Notes: generated from the letters alone by a model not told the origin. Positions 52,449 to 64,000 are shown, numbered from the stretch's first letter. The stretch is DNA of 64,000 bases from an uncultured delta proteobacterium (GCA_963810935.1 CAWEPK010000016.1:148975-212974); one strand, 5' to 3'. Made by a program: numbers and translations.

Positions 52449-54846
52449 ATGATACGATTGACTATAGACGGTAAGACGGTAGAGACGGCCGAGGGCAGGA
52501 CGATTCTCGAGGCGGCCAGGGAGAACGGGATCAACATCCCTACCCTGTGCTACCACGCGAACCTGCTTCCCCTGGGCTCCTGCCGCATCTGCATAGTCGA
52601 GGTCGACGGCTACGCCAACCCCATGGCTTCGTGCCAGACCGCAGCGCAGGACGGCATGTCGGTCCGCACCGGCTCCGACAGGCTCTTTGCCATGAGGCAG
52701 GACTACCTGAAGCTTATCCTCGCTTACCATCCACTCGAATGTCCCATCTGCGACGCGGGCGGCGAATGCGATCTTCAGGACCTCGTATTCGCGCACGGCA
52801 TCGAGAAGGCCGACCTCTCCGTCACGCGCCGCAAAAAGATCGAGGGCTATGCTACACCGCTTATAAAGTATTTCGAGAACCGCTGCGTCCTCTGCCTGCG
52901 CTGCATCCAGGCGTGCAGGGAGGTTTCGGGCAGGCACGTCCTCGACCTCGTAGAGACGGGCATAGACGCGAAAATGGCGCCTGCTAACGGCCGCAACTGC
53001 GTCTCCTGCGGCGAGTGCCTCTTCGTCTGCCCGGTCGGGGCGCTGACGGAGAACCTGAGCCCGATAAAGGCGCGCTTATGGCAGGTCGAGCGCCACTTTA
53101 CAACGTGCCCGCACTGCGGCTTCGGCTGCACCTTCGAGATGGACGTCAGGGACGGACGACTATGTCACCGACGTGATACAGAACGTGAACAACATGCCGA
53201 ACCGGGGATCCCTCTGCGTGATGGGCAGGTTCGGCTACGACTTCGTCAACCACGAGGCGCGCGTCGTAAGCGCCAGGGCCGGAGACGCGGAGCTTGGGTC
53301 CGACGCACCGGCCGCAGCAGCGGAGCGCCTCCGCAGCCTCGATGCGGAAGGGAAGGGCGTCGGTTTCGTCGTTTCCCCAAGGGCGACGAACGAAGAGATA
53401 TTTCTTGTCAGGGAGATCGCGGGCCGCTTGAAAAAAAGCGCCCTTGCAAGCTCCGCCTGGTACCACACGGGCAGGGTCTGGGAGGCATACGGGAAGAGGG
53501 GCCTTTCATATCCTTACTCGTACGACCGCCTGATGGACGCGGACCTGATAATTATTGCGGGCGCGGACCTGCTCTCCAACAACCATGTCCTCGGCGACAG
53601 GGTGAGAGACGCCTACAAGCTGAAAGGCAGCAGGATCATAGTAATCGACCCCGCACCTGCGGCTTTATCGAACCTCGCGGACTGCCACCTTAAGGTCTTC
53701 CCCGGCAAAGATGCGGCCCTCTTCGGTGCCCTCGAAGGCTTTCTGGCCCGGCAGTTGCCGGACGGCCGCGGCCCGGAGTCCAATGTCCAGGACGTGGAGC
53801 GCGCACTTGGAGAGGCCGGCGTCGATGGCCGTGAATTCGCGCGCGCCTGCGCGCTCATCGGCAAGGCTGCCAATGTGGCGGTGATCTTCGGCTCGGGAAT
53901 AAGTGCGTCGGAAGCGAGCCTTGATGCCCTGCTCGACGTAGCTGCGCGACTCGGGACGGACAAAAAAGGCCTGCTCATGCCTGTCGCAAGGGCTGCCAAC
54001 GCGGTGGGCGCGGCCTCCATACTTGATGGCGCTGCATCACCCCACGAGCTTATCGCCGATGCATCCATAAAGGCGCTCTTCCTTTATGAAGAAAACCCGC
54101 TCAGATATACCGGGACGACAACCGCTTCCGCGATAGCCGCAAAAGAGTTTGTCCTCGTCTGCGACGCCCTTCCGACGACCGTTATTGAGCATGCCCACAT
54201 GGTAGTGCCTACCGGCGTGTTCACGGAGAAGGAAGGCACTTTCTTCGCGGGGGACGGCGCGATAAGGCGGCTTTCCCGCGTCACGCACTGCGAGTCGGAA
54301 GCAGCGTACCCCGGCTTTACGTTCCTGTCGCAGGTGCTCGTCCGGCTTGGCGGTCCTTCCTTCCGCTCGCCCCATGACGTAACTGCATACATGAAGGAAA
54401 AGGGGCTCATCGCGGCAAACGGCGGCAGGGAAGCGGTGACAGGGCCTGAGCGCCGGGCAGAGGCGGGCCGGACGACAAACGGCGCAACGCCCGCTTCAGG
54501 CAACGGCAGCTACGTCCTCATCATGAGGGACATCTTCAGCAACCACCACCTTGCAGACACGGAGATCTATTCGAAGGGGGTTGCTGCAGTTTACAGGCAC
54601 CCCGGCTATCCCGTCTCGGAGGACAAGCTTTGCATGTCGCCGGCGGACGCGCAGGCTAATGGTCTGGCCGAAGGCGACGTAGTGCAGGTTTCGTCGAAAA
54701 GCGGGACGGTCAGCAAGCCCCTCTCCGTCAAGGAGGGCCTCAAGCCCGGCGTGCTCGAATATATCGTATTCAGGGACCGCAAAGAGGCGTCAGGTCTGAT
54801 CGACACCCCGGCGAAATGGGTCGAGGTAAAGGTGCAGAAAGGGTGA
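52449..54846 (+). CDS. nuoG: NuoG/SfrA-like Fe-S subunit with molybdopterin-oxidoreductase fold and no Mo ligand; frameshift near 53150
   Basis: IPTLC, GSCRIC, ASC (2Fe-2S); HPLECPICDAGGEC; two CxxCxxCxxxC motifs; CPHCGFGC...LCVMGRFG split by the frameshift. Confidence 0.85.
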
Positions 54847-54847
54847 G

Positions 54848-55858
54848 ATGATGGATATACTCTTTTTTCTCATAGAGGCCGTCGTCAAGAACCTTTTGGT
54901 GATCGCGGTGCTCATGGGCTTCGTCGCCTACCTGACCCTTGCGGAAAGAAAGGTGCTCGGCCGCCTCCAGGTCAGGTTCGGCCCCAACAGGGTAGGGCCT
55001 TTCGGTTTGTTGCAGCCTATTGCGGACGGCATCAAGTCCTTTACGAAGGAAGACATCATTCCGGCCAACGCGGACAAGCCGCTCTTTGTCATGGCCCCGA
55101 TGATAGCCCTTTTTTCGGCCCTTTGCATGTTTGCGGTGATCCCGTTCGGCGGCACGGTCCACTTGCTGGGACGCGCCTTCAAGATGGTGATCGCCGATGT
55201 CGATATCGGCCTGCTCTATATCTTCGCCTTCGCTACTCTCGGTGAGTACGGCATAGTGCTGGGCGGCTGGTCATCAGGCAATAAGTACGGCGTGCTCGGC
55301 TCTCTTCGGGCCGCTGCGCAGATGATAAGCTACGAGGTCGCCCTCGGCCTTATCGTCATCGGGACCGTGATACTCGCCGGGTCGCTGCGCCTGACCGATA
55401 TAGTCCAGGCGCAATCGAACATGTGGTTCATAGTCTATCAGCCGTTCGCCTTCATCCTTTACATGATAGCCGGCCTTGCGGAGATCAACCGGACGCCGTT
55501 CGACATGCCGGAGGCCGAAAGCGAGCTTGCCTGCGGCTTCAATATCGAGTACAGCAGCATGAAGTTCGCACTCTTCTTCATGGCCGAATATGCCCACATG
55601 GCGGCAGTGGCCGGCATCGCGACTACGCTGTTTCTGGGCGGCTGGCTGGGGCCCTTCTCGTCGTCTTATCCCGGCCTGGGTCCGCTATGGTTCTTCATTA
55701 AAGTATGCGTGCTCGTCTTCTTCTTCATCTGGGAGAGGGGCACGTACCCGAGGCTCAGGTACGACCAGATCATGCAGTTCGGCTGGAAGGTGCTCTTCCC
55801 GATAGCCCTAGCAAACGTGGTCGTTACCGCCCTCGTGGTCGCGTTGAGGGGAGCATGA
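54848..55858 (+). CDS. nuoH: Complex I subunit H
   Basis: ERK....QVR.GPN..GP.GLLQPIADGIK, ISYE, NRTPFD.PEAESEL, PRLRYDQ. Confidence 0.96.
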   Translation: MMDILFFLIEAVVKNLLVIAVLMGFVAYLTLAERKVLGRLQVRFGPNRVGPFGLLQPIADGIKSFTKEDIIPANADKPLFVMAPMIALFSALCMFAVIPFGGTVHLLGRAFKMVIADVDIGLLYIFAFATLGEYGIVLGGWSSGNKYGVLGSLRAAAQMISYEVALGLIVIGTVILAGSLRLTDIVQAQSNMWFIVYQPFAFILYMIAGLAEINRTPFDMPEAESELACGFNIEYSSMKFALFFMAEYAHMAAVAGIATTLFLGGWLGPFSSSYPGLGPLWFFIKVCVLVFFFIWERGTYPRLRYDQIMQFGWKVLFPIALANVVVTALVVALRGA

Positions 55859-56271
55859 TAATAAGACCCCTTCTCAAAGGTCTCAGGCTGACGCTCTCCC
55901 GGTTTTTCTCCCGGCCGATCACGATCCAGTACCCTGAGCAGAAGCACGTACCGGCCCGCAGGTGGAGAGGCATCCATTATTTCCGGAAGGACGAGAAAGG
56001 CGATACGACCTGCGTTGCCTGCGGCCTTTGCGTTGCCGTCTGTCCCTCGCAGTGCATATCGCTTGAGATAGGCGAGCGCGAGGACGGGCAGCGCTACCCG
56101 AGGCACTACCAGATCGACGAGCTTCGCTGCATCTTCTGCGGGTACTGCCAGGAGGCGTGCCCCGTCAACGCGATAAAGTGCGGGCTTGGCTTCGAGTACG
56201 TCAAGTACGCGAGGTCCGACTTTATCCTCGACACAAGTAAGCTGCTCGACATGTACGAGGACAAACGATGA
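55855..56271 (+). CDS. nuoI: Complex I subunit I
   Basis: TIQYPE, CVACGLCVAVCP, CIFCGYCQEACP. Confidence 0.95.
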   Translation: MIIRPLLKGLRLTLSRFFSRPITIQYPEQKHVPARRWRGIHYFRKDEKGDTTCVACGLCVAVCPSQCISLEIGEREDGQRYPRHYQIDELRCIFCGYCQEACPVNAIKCGLGFEYVKYARSDFILDTSKLLDMYEDKR

Positions 56272-56804
56272 GCGACATGGCTTTCATCGGGCCCGCATTC
56301 CAATGGGTCATTTTCATCTTCGCGGCTGCGCTCGCTTTAGTCGGCGCGATCATGATGGTGACGCGCCGCAATCCGATCCACGGCGCGCTGTGGCTGATCG
56401 TGGCCTTTTTCTCGATCGCGGCGATCTACATTACGCTCAACGCCCAGTTCATAGCTGTCGCGCAGGTGATCGTTTACGCGGGCGCGATCATGATGCTGAT
56501 TGTCTTCGTTATCATGCTGATACACCTGGAAACGGGCTTCGCTTACAAAACAAAGCTTTCAGGGCCGAAGACCCTGGGCGCTGTCATTACCGTGATCCTT
56601 TTCGTCGAGATCGCGGCTGCCGTCCTTACGCTGCGGTCGAAGGCGCCCCAGGCGGCCGCGACAAGCCCGGTCGGCACGGTGGCCGACATCGGCACGGCCC
56701 TTTATGGCAAGTACCTCTTCCCCTTCGAGATAGCCTCCGTCCTGCTTCTGGTCGGTATTATCGGGGCGGTAATTCTGGCGCGCCGTGGGGGCGAAAAGGG
56801 TTGA
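56268..56804 (+). CDS. nuoJ: Complex I subunit J
   Basis: NPIH.AL, QVIVYAGAI, PFE..S.LLL. Confidence 0.94.
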   Translation: MSDMAFIGPAFQWVIFIFAAALALVGAIMMVTRRNPIHGALWLIVAFFSIAAIYITLNAQFIAVAQVIVYAGAIMMLIVFVIMLIHLETGFAYKTKLSGPKTLGAVITVILFVEIAAAVLTLRSKAPQAAATSPVGTVADIGTALYGKYLFPFEIASVLLLVGIIGAVILARRGGEKG

Positions 56805-56870
56805 CGATAAATCCCCGGCGGGATTGAAACAACGCTTGTTAGCCGGGGTGATGGAGAGTCAGGAGAGCAT

Positions 56871-57182
56871 ATGCTGCACGGAGTGCCTGTGAGCTTCTAT
56901 TTCGCGCTGAGCGGCGCGCTTTTCACGATCGGCGCCATCGGGGTGATTACGCGCCGGAACGCGATAATCGTCTTTATGTGCATCGAGCTGATGCTGAACG
57001 GCGTCAACCTCACGTTCATCACGGCAGGTAATATGCTCAATACCGTGGACGGGATGGTCTTCGTTTTCTTTATAATGACGGTTGCGGCTGCGGAAGCCGC
57101 GATAGGCCTTGCCATATTCGTGCTCCTTTTCAGGCTTCGCGGGAGCGTGAACGTGGACGAGATACACCTGCTCAAAGGTTAG
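56871..57182 (+). CDS. nuoK: Complex I subunit K
   Basis: RRN.I...[17 protein letters not shown]. Confidence 0.95.
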   Translation: MLHGVPVSFYFALSGALFTIGAIGVITRRNAIIVFMCIELMLNGVNLTFITAGNMLNTVDGMVFVFFIMTVAAAEAAIGLAIFVLLFRLRGSVNVDEIHLLKG

Positions 57183-57185
57183 GCG

Positions 57186-59165
57186 ATGGCTGATTACATC
57201 TGGCTCATACCTGTAATGCCCGGCATTGGATTCCTTATCAATGGGTTCCTGGGCCGGAAGCTGCCCAAGGGAGTCGTCTCGTTCGTCGCCTGCCTGGCGC
57301 TCTTTATCTCCTTCGTCGTCTCGGTGCTGATCTTCCTGGAATTTCTGAAGCTGGCCCCTGACGCGAGGCTCTTCAACAAAAATATTTACGACTGGATCGT
57401 CTCAGGCGATTTCACCGCCAGGGTCGGTTTCAGGATCGATTCGCTCTCGATTATTATGTGCCTGGTGGTGACGGGCGTGGGCTTTCTCATCCACGTCTAC
57501 TCTGCGGGCTATATGCACGACGACGAAGGCTATGCCCGGTACTTCACGTACCTGAACCTCTTCGTCTTCATGATGCTCATACTGGTGACGGCGAACAACA
57601 TGCTCCTCATGTTCGTCGGCTGGGAAGGCGTCGGTTTGTGCTCCTATCTCCTGATCGGCTTCTGGTACAAGAAAGACAGCGCGGCGAACGCAGGAAAGAA
57701 GGCGTTCATCGTCAACAGGATAGGCGACTTCGGCTTCCTCCTCGGCGTCTTCTTCCTGCTGACTACTCTCGGTGCGCACGGCGTCTGGACGCTCGACTTC
57801 GGCGAGCTTCAGAAAAACGCCCACCTTATTACGGGCTGCGCAGCGACGCTCATTACGCTTCTCTTCTTCGTGGGGGCAACGGGCAAGTCCGCTCAGATAC
57901 CTCTCTACGTCTGGCTGCCCGATGCAATGGAAGGCCCTACGCCCGTCAGCTCGCTCATCCATGCGGCGACGATGGTTACGGCCGGCGTCTACATGATCGC
58001 CAGGCTTAACTTCCTTTACGTCATGGCGCCGACGACGATGTTCATCGTCACGCTCGTAGGGGTGCTGACCGCCCTCTTCGCTGCGACAATCGGCTGCGCC
58101 CAGTACGATATCAAGCGGGTGCTCGCTTACTCGACCGTGAGCCAGTTGGGCTATATGTTCGTGGGCGTCGGCTCGGGTGCATTTGCGGCGGGCATCTTCC
58201 ACCTGATGACGCATGCGTTTTTCAAGGGCCTCCTCTTCCTGGCGGCGGGCAGCGTCATGCACGCCATGAGCGGCGAGCTCGACATGCGCAAGATGGGCGG
58301 GCTGAAGAAACGCATCCCCGTAACTTACTGGACGTTCCTCGCGGGCTGCATCGCCATCGCAGGCGTGCCCGGTTTTTCAGGGTTCTTCAGCAAGGACGAG
58401 ATTATGTGGAAGGTCTTCGCCAACTACGGCGGCAGCATTACTTTCTGGATAATCGGCGCCATCACCGCGGGCCTGACCGCCTTCTATATGTTCAGGATGT
58501 TCTTCAACACGTTCCACGGCGAGTGCCGGGCGCCCGAAGACGTGAAGCATCATATCCACGAGTCGCCTAAGGTGATGACCATACCGCTTATGGTGCTCGC
58601 GGTCCTTTCGGTTGTGGGCGGCTGGGTCGGCATACCGCGTATACTCGGCGGCTCGAACTATTTCGAGCGGTGGCTGGAGCCTGTCTTCGGCCCGGCGAAA
58701 GAGGCGGCGGCGCCTGCCCTCAATCTCGTCACGCCGGCATTCGCCGAAGGCGCGGGCCACGCGCAGGCATCTTCGCCGGAAGGCATGCTGATGGCGGCAG
58801 CCGTGATTATCGCCTTCGCAGGCATCTTCATCGCTTACTATCTTTACATACGCCGTCCCGATTTGCCGGGGAAATTAGTGGCAGCCATGCCGGGCGTGTT
58901 CAGGACGGTCAATAACAAATACTACGTCGACGAGCTGTACCAGGCGACTGTCGTGCGCGGGCTTTTCGGGCTCGGCCGCTTTTGCAAAAGGGTGGTCGAT
59001 GAGACGCTCATCGACGGCACGATTAACGGCGTTGCATGGCTGATCCGCGCCATCGGCGGCCTGATCCGGCTTTTCCAGTCGGGATACGTGCAGGGCTACG
59101 CGTTTGCCCTGCTGCTCGGCGCAATCCTGGTGCTCGGCTATCTCATTATAAGGGTGATCCTGTAG
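57186..59165 (+). CDS. nuoL: Complex I subunit L
   Basis: GWEGVGLCSYLLIGFW, GKSAQIPL..WLPDAMEGPTP, HAFFK. Confidence 0.96.
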   Translation: MADYIWLIPVMPGIGFLINGFLGRKLPKGVVSFVACLALFISFVVSVLIFLEFLKLAPDARLFNKNIYDWIVSGDFTARVGFRIDSLSIIMCLVVTGVGFLIHVYSAGYMHDDEGYARYFTYLNLFVFMMLILVTANNMLLMFVGWEGVGLCSYLLIGFWYKKDSAANAGKKAFIVNRIGDFGFLLGVFFLLTTLGAHGVWTLDFGELQKNAHLITGCAATLITLLFFVGATGKSAQIPLYVWLPDAMEGPTPVSSLIHAATMVTAGVYMIARLNFLYVMAPTTMFIVTLVGVLTALFAATIGCAQYDIKRVLAYSTVSQLGYMFVGVGSGAFAAGIFHLMTHAFFKGLLFLAAGSVMHAMSGELDMRKMGGLKKRIPVTYWTFLAGCIAIAGVPGFSGFFSKDEIMWKVFANYGGSITFWIIGAITAGLTAFYMFRMFFNTFHGECRAPEDVKHHIHESPKVMTIPLMVLAVLSVVGGWVGIPRILGGSNYFERWLEPVFGPAKEAAAPALNLVTPAFAEGAGHAQASSPEGMLMAAAVIIAFAGIFIAYYLYIRRPDLPGKLVAAMPGVFRTVNNKYYVDELYQATVVRGLFGLGRFCKRVVDETLIDGTINGVAWLIRAIGGLIRLFQSGYVQGYAFALLLGAILVLGYLIIRVIL

Positions 59166-59171
59166 GGTGAT

Positions 59172-60737
<1,566 letters not shown>

Positions 60738-60747
60738 AGGTTATGGG

Positions 60748-62205
60748 ATGAACATAATGCCGTCCCCTTCCGATTTTGAATGGATCCTGCCGGAGATAAC
60801 GGTAGCCGTCTTCGGGCTCCTCGTTCTCCTTGCGGACGCAGCGCGCACCGAGAGCCGCGGCAGGATGGGCGGTCTGCTCACCCTTGTCGGGTCTGCCCTC
60901 GCCTTCTATTTCACGATGCACCTCTGGTCCGTGCGGACGGATATTTTCAGCGGCCTATACGTCATCGACGGGTTCGGCACCTTCTTTAAGGCCATATTTC
61001 TCCTGATACTCTTCCTAGTAGCGCTGATCTCCCTGGGGTATACGAAGCGGGAGGAGATGCCCGCGGGCGAGTATTATGCACTTTTGCTTTTCGCCGCGCT
61101 GGGCATGATGGTGATGGTCTCGTCGAACAGCTTTATCACGATATTCATCGGCCTCGAGCTGATGTCGCTTTCGATTTACATTCTTTGCGGGCTCCTGAAA
61201 GGGCAGGCGGCCGCCCTGGAGGCCTCTTTCAAGTACTTCCTCCTCGGCTCCTTCGCAACCGCCTTCTTCCTTTACGGGGTAGCCCTCATCTTCGCCTCGA
61301 CTGGCGCAATCGACATCCGCATGGTGCGCACGGTCGCGACTGCCAGGAACCTCGCGGCAGACCCGGTCTTCCTCGCGGGTATCGCGTTGCTGCTGGTCGG
61401 CTTCGGCTTCAAGACGGCCTCCGTGCCCTTCCATATGTGGACGCCCGACGTCTACGAAGGCGCCCCGACCTCCGTCACCGTATTCATGGCGACGGGCGTT
61501 AAGGCCGCCGCCTTCGGCGCCTTTCTGAGGGTCTTTTATACAGCTTTCTACCCGTTTATAGCGGACTGGTCGAGCGTGCTCTGGCTCATCGCTGTGCTCA
61601 CCATGTGCGTGGGCAACATCACCGCCCTCGTCCAGAACAACATTAAGCGGCTCCTCGCCTATTCGAGCATCGCGCACGCGGGATATATCCTGATCGCCTT
61701 CGTAACCGGCGACAGGGTCCTTTCGTCGAGCGTGCTCTATTACCTGCTGGCCTACACCTTTATGAACCTCGGCGCCTTCACGGTGGTGATCGTCCTCGGC
61801 AGGAAGGGAGAGGAGCACGAAGACATCGACAGCTACGCGGGCCTTGCGAGCCGCCACCCTTTCGTCGCGCTCTGCATGACCATCTTTCTCCTGTCCCTGA
61901 CGGGCATACCGCCGCTGGCGGGGTTTGCGGGCAAGTTCTACATTTTCAGCGACGCCATGAAAGCACGCTTCTACTGGCTGGGCGTCATCGGCATGCTTAA
62001 CAGCGCGGTCGCCGCCTATTATTACCTGCGCGTCCTGATGTACATGTATTTCAAGGAGCCGGTGAAGGAGCTGGGCAAAATAGATATTTCCCCGGCCTAC
62101 GTCGTCGTGATGCTGGTGAGCATAGGCGCGCTTCTTTACCTCGGCATCTTCCCGAGGGACTTTGTCCTCCTCGCCCAGAAGTCCGTCTCGATTTTCGGTC
62201 AGTAA
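60748..62205 (+). CDS. nuoN: Complex I subunit N
   Basis: EA.FKYFLLG, FK..SVPFHMWTPDVYEGAP, KRLLAYSSIAHAGY, GIPPLAGF.GK. Confidence 0.96.
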   Translation: MNIMPSPSDFEWILPEITVAVFGLLVLLADAARTESRGRMGGLLTLVGSALAFYFTMHLWSVRTDIFSGLYVIDGFGTFFKAIFLLILFLVALISLGYTKREEMPAGEYYALLLFAALGMMVMVSSNSFITIFIGLELMSLSIYILCGLLKGQAAALEASFKYFLLGSFATAFFLYGVALIFASTGAIDIRMVRTVATARNLAADPVFLAGIALLLVGFGFKTASVPFHMWTPDVYEGAPTSVTVFMATGVKAAAFGAFLRVFYTAFYPFIADWSSVLWLIAVLTMCVGNITALVQNNIKRLLAYSSIAHAGYILIAFVTGDRVLSSSVLYYLLAYTFMNLGAFTVVIVLGRKGEEHEDIDSYAGLASRHPFVALCMTIFLLSLTGIPPLAGFAGKFYIFSDAMKARFYWLGVIGMLNSAVAAYYYLRVLMYMYFKEPVKELGKIDISPAYVVVMLVSIGALLYLGIFPRDFVLLAQKSVSIFGQ

Positions 62206-62363
62206 CTCACCCGGCGCAAGTTCGGATCACGCGAAAGGCCGCCTGCAACTATACGTACACCCGCCCCATGTTGTGGAAAAAACCTTTACATGTGTCTGCC
62301 TTCCTTTACAGCCTGCCGCGGCTGAAAGTGCCGGATAGCCGGTAATACCAACAGGCGCCGGGC

Positions 62364-62379
62364 TGGCACGTCCCTTGCT
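62364..62379 (+). promoter_or_regulatory. Sigma54 -24/-12 promoter
   Basis: TGGCACG-TCCC-TTGCT, a full match to the TGGCACG-N4-TTGCW consensus, about 45 bp before ATG 62423. Confidence 0.8.
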
Positions 62380-62422
62380 TGGGAAAACCGGTATATGACT
62401 GTCAGAAGGGGGTCGAAAGCAA

Positions 62423-62740
62423 ATGAGGCAATCGATTGCCGGTCCCCACGTCGCTTTTTGCGTCTGTCTTTGTGCCCTGCTCCTCCTGCCCGCCATGGAT
62501 CTCGGGCAGGCGTCTCCGCAATCCGGGGTCGTTACTGCCGGCTCAGGGACGCAAGGCAGGGTAAAGCGGATAGGGCCGGCCGAGATGGATGCCGTATACG
62601 CGGCCGGATGGGTAGGACCGTCAATGTTTTATCGGGAGAGCGCCGGGCGCATCATCCTGTGGGACGAAGGGCCGGCCGCTGCCTTGCGCACTATCTTTCC
62701 GAAAGCCGGCCGGCCGCCAATACCGGCTCTCGGCAATTGA
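62423..62740 (+). CDS. Hypothetical exported protein, putative C39 peptidase substrate
   Basis: Hydrophobic signal-like segment, leader-like AEMDAVYAAG, IILWDE motif; lies between the sigma54 promoter and the peptidase. Confidence 0.55.
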   Translation: MRQSIAGPHVAFCVCLCALLLLPAMDLGQASPQSGVVTAGSGTQGRVKRIGPAEMDAVYAAGWVGPSMFYRESAGRIILWDEGPAAALRTIFPKAGRPPIPALGN

Positions 62741-62815
62741 GGAGACAGAAGCGATGAAGGGGGGGCGGCCCTAAAAAGCTCGCCTTGCCTTACTGATGAG
62801 GAAAAAGGAGGCCGG

Positions 62816-63523
62816 GTGAAGCTGTTCATTATTGCGTTTCTTCTCTTCCTGCCTGCCGCTCTTTGTGCGGCAGAGAGTGAGCCCCTTTGCGAAATGAGCA
62901 TTCCCATAGGCAGCGGGCCGTTCGGCTCGATGACGATCAAGCCGAAGGTCAAACCCGCCTCTGCTTTCAAGGACCGGAACATAGTCAAGCAGACCTACGA
63001 TTATAGCTGCGGGGCGGCCTCGACTGCGACTATATTCAAGTACTACCTGGGCGATCCTATTACGGAAGAAAAGGTGATCGACGCAATGTTCAAGGCGGGC
63101 AACGTGGACAAGATCGTCGAGCGCAAAGGGTTCTCCCTTCTCGATATAAAGAAGTTTGCCGAATACATGGGGTACCGCGCTATCGGGTACAAGACGGATA
63201 TGGATGGGCTGGTTGCGCTGAACAAGCCGTCGATAGTGGCCATACTGCTGCGCGAGTACAAGCATTTCGTCATATTCAAGGGCATAGATAAAGGCAGGGT
63301 CTTTCTGGCCGACCCTGCGCTGGGCAACACGACCGTGTCGGCGAGAGAGTTCGAGAGGATGTGGTATGGGAACATCGCCCTGGTAATAGAGCCGAAGGAA
63401 GGCAGCGGACGGGACAGCCTGAAAATACAGCCGGACGAGCGAATTATAGTCAGCTCGGCGGACCTGAGACGGGCGATACTATATAACGCGCTTCTGTTTT
63501 CCCGCGGACCAGGCGAGTTCTAG
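62816..63523 (+). CDS. Stand-alone exported C39 cysteine peptidase (FapD-like)
   Basis: Signal peptide; QTYDYSCGAA (Cys), GFSLLD.K, KHFV (His), LADPALGN (Asp), F...W. Confidence 0.88.
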   Translation: MKLFIIAFLLFLPAALCAAESEPLCEMSIPIGSGPFGSMTIKPKVKPASAFKDRNIVKQTYDYSCGAASTATIFKYYLGDPITEEKVIDAMFKAGNVDKIVERKGFSLLDIKKFAEYMGYRAIGYKTDMDGLVALNKPSIVAILLREYKHFVIFKGIDKGRVFLADPALGNTTVSAREFERMWYGNIALVIEPKEGSGRDSLKIQPDERIIVSSADLRRAILYNALLFSRGPGEF

Positions 63524-63533
63524 TACTGTGCGT

Positions 63534-63681
63534 CCGGGCTCTTTTCGCGTTCGACCCACGCACTCGGCTGTGCGTGGGTGCCCCGGCCTGTCCCTCAAAG
63601 CCGCGCGTCCTCACGTACAAAAGAGTACGCTCCGGGCGGCGGCTTTTCGGTCACGGCGGCTATCATCGAAAATAGCTCCGG
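63534..63681. repeat. Nested palindromic intergenic element (REP/MITE-like or structured RNA)
   Basis: Outer arms CCGGGCTCTTTTCG / CGAAAATAGCTCCGG; inner stems ACCCACGCAC/GTGCGTGGGT, AAAGCCGC/GCGGCTTT, CGTAC/GTACG. Confidence 0.55.
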
Positions 63682-63722
63682 CCCCTAGAAGACAAAAAAA
63701 CCGAAATGCCGAGGGAAGGGCA

Positions 63723-63968
63723 TCAGCCCTTTAGGAACAGTCTGTGATATTCGGGTTCGTTGAGATATTTCTTGAGTAGTTTGGCTACCATTTCGAATAC
63801 ATCGGTCAGGTCGTCGTCGGTCATGCGCTTCAGGAGCGTCTGCATGAGTTGGTCGTCCGAGAATTTCTGAAGGTAGACCTGCACCGTATTCTCGTTGGAT
63901 TGCCTGTCCATGCCGTATCCTATGAAGCCGTCAAAGGTTTCTACGAAATCGTGGGTGTGTTTTGCCAT
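63723..63968 (-). CDS. Conserved hypothetical small cytoplasmic protein (deltaproteobacterial type)
   Basis: RBS GGAGGGAG; YLQKFSDD...L..R.....F......LKK.L.E.EYHRLFLK pattern. Confidence 0.75.
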   Translation of the reverse strand: MAKHTHDFVETFDGFIGYGMDRQSNENTVQVYLQKFSDDQLMQTLLKRMTDDDLTDVFEMVAKLLKKYLNEPEYHRLFLKG

Positions 63969-64000
63969 GGCCTTTACTCCCTCCCTCCATTGTTCTCAGG

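Overview
GC-rich chromosomal window from an anaerobic Desulfobacterota/deltaproteobacterium-like organism (Syntrophorhabdales-like gene content; taxonomy is inferred). In order it holds: the 3' end of a [NiFe] hydrogenase large subunit; an acyl-CoA transferase-GNAT fusion; a degenerate cyclase/Zn-knuckle/TPR membrane protein; CheB-CheR-PAS; a GT4-GmhA fusion; DedA; a cysK-rrf2-metY-metX-metW operon with a clear sigma70 promoter and palindromic operator; tRNA-Arg(CCT) next to fused integrase and cystathionine gamma-synthase/lyase remnants; a partial exopolysaccharide locus (galE, wecA-like, PrsT-like TPR, wzc, wzz); a NYN RNase; a tRNA nucleotidyltransferase/DUF763 operon; a small decayed AT-richer island (resolvase pseudogene, GIY-YIG-like protein); a corrinoid activator; a degenerate HddA-like kinase; twin excisionase-type HTH genes; adenine deaminase; Pal; KamA; an ADP-forming acyl-CoA ligase; PBP1A; a complex I operon; and a sigma54-driven C39 peptidase with a putative substrate. 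The strongest observation is the complex I operon (nuoABCD-[SfrB-like]-[SfrA/NuoG-like]-nuoHIJKLMN). It has no nuoE or canonical nuoF and instead carries a subunit fusing the NuoF N3 cluster domain to a GltD-type FAD/NADPH domain, which suggests an NADPH-linked proton-pumping complex I. Next are a dispersed intergenic repeat family whose stems change sequence but keep their pairing, and a FapD-like peptidase/leader-peptide pair. About nine single-base frameshifts occur in otherwise intact genes and are probably assembly errors. All calls come from motif recognition; no database searches were run.
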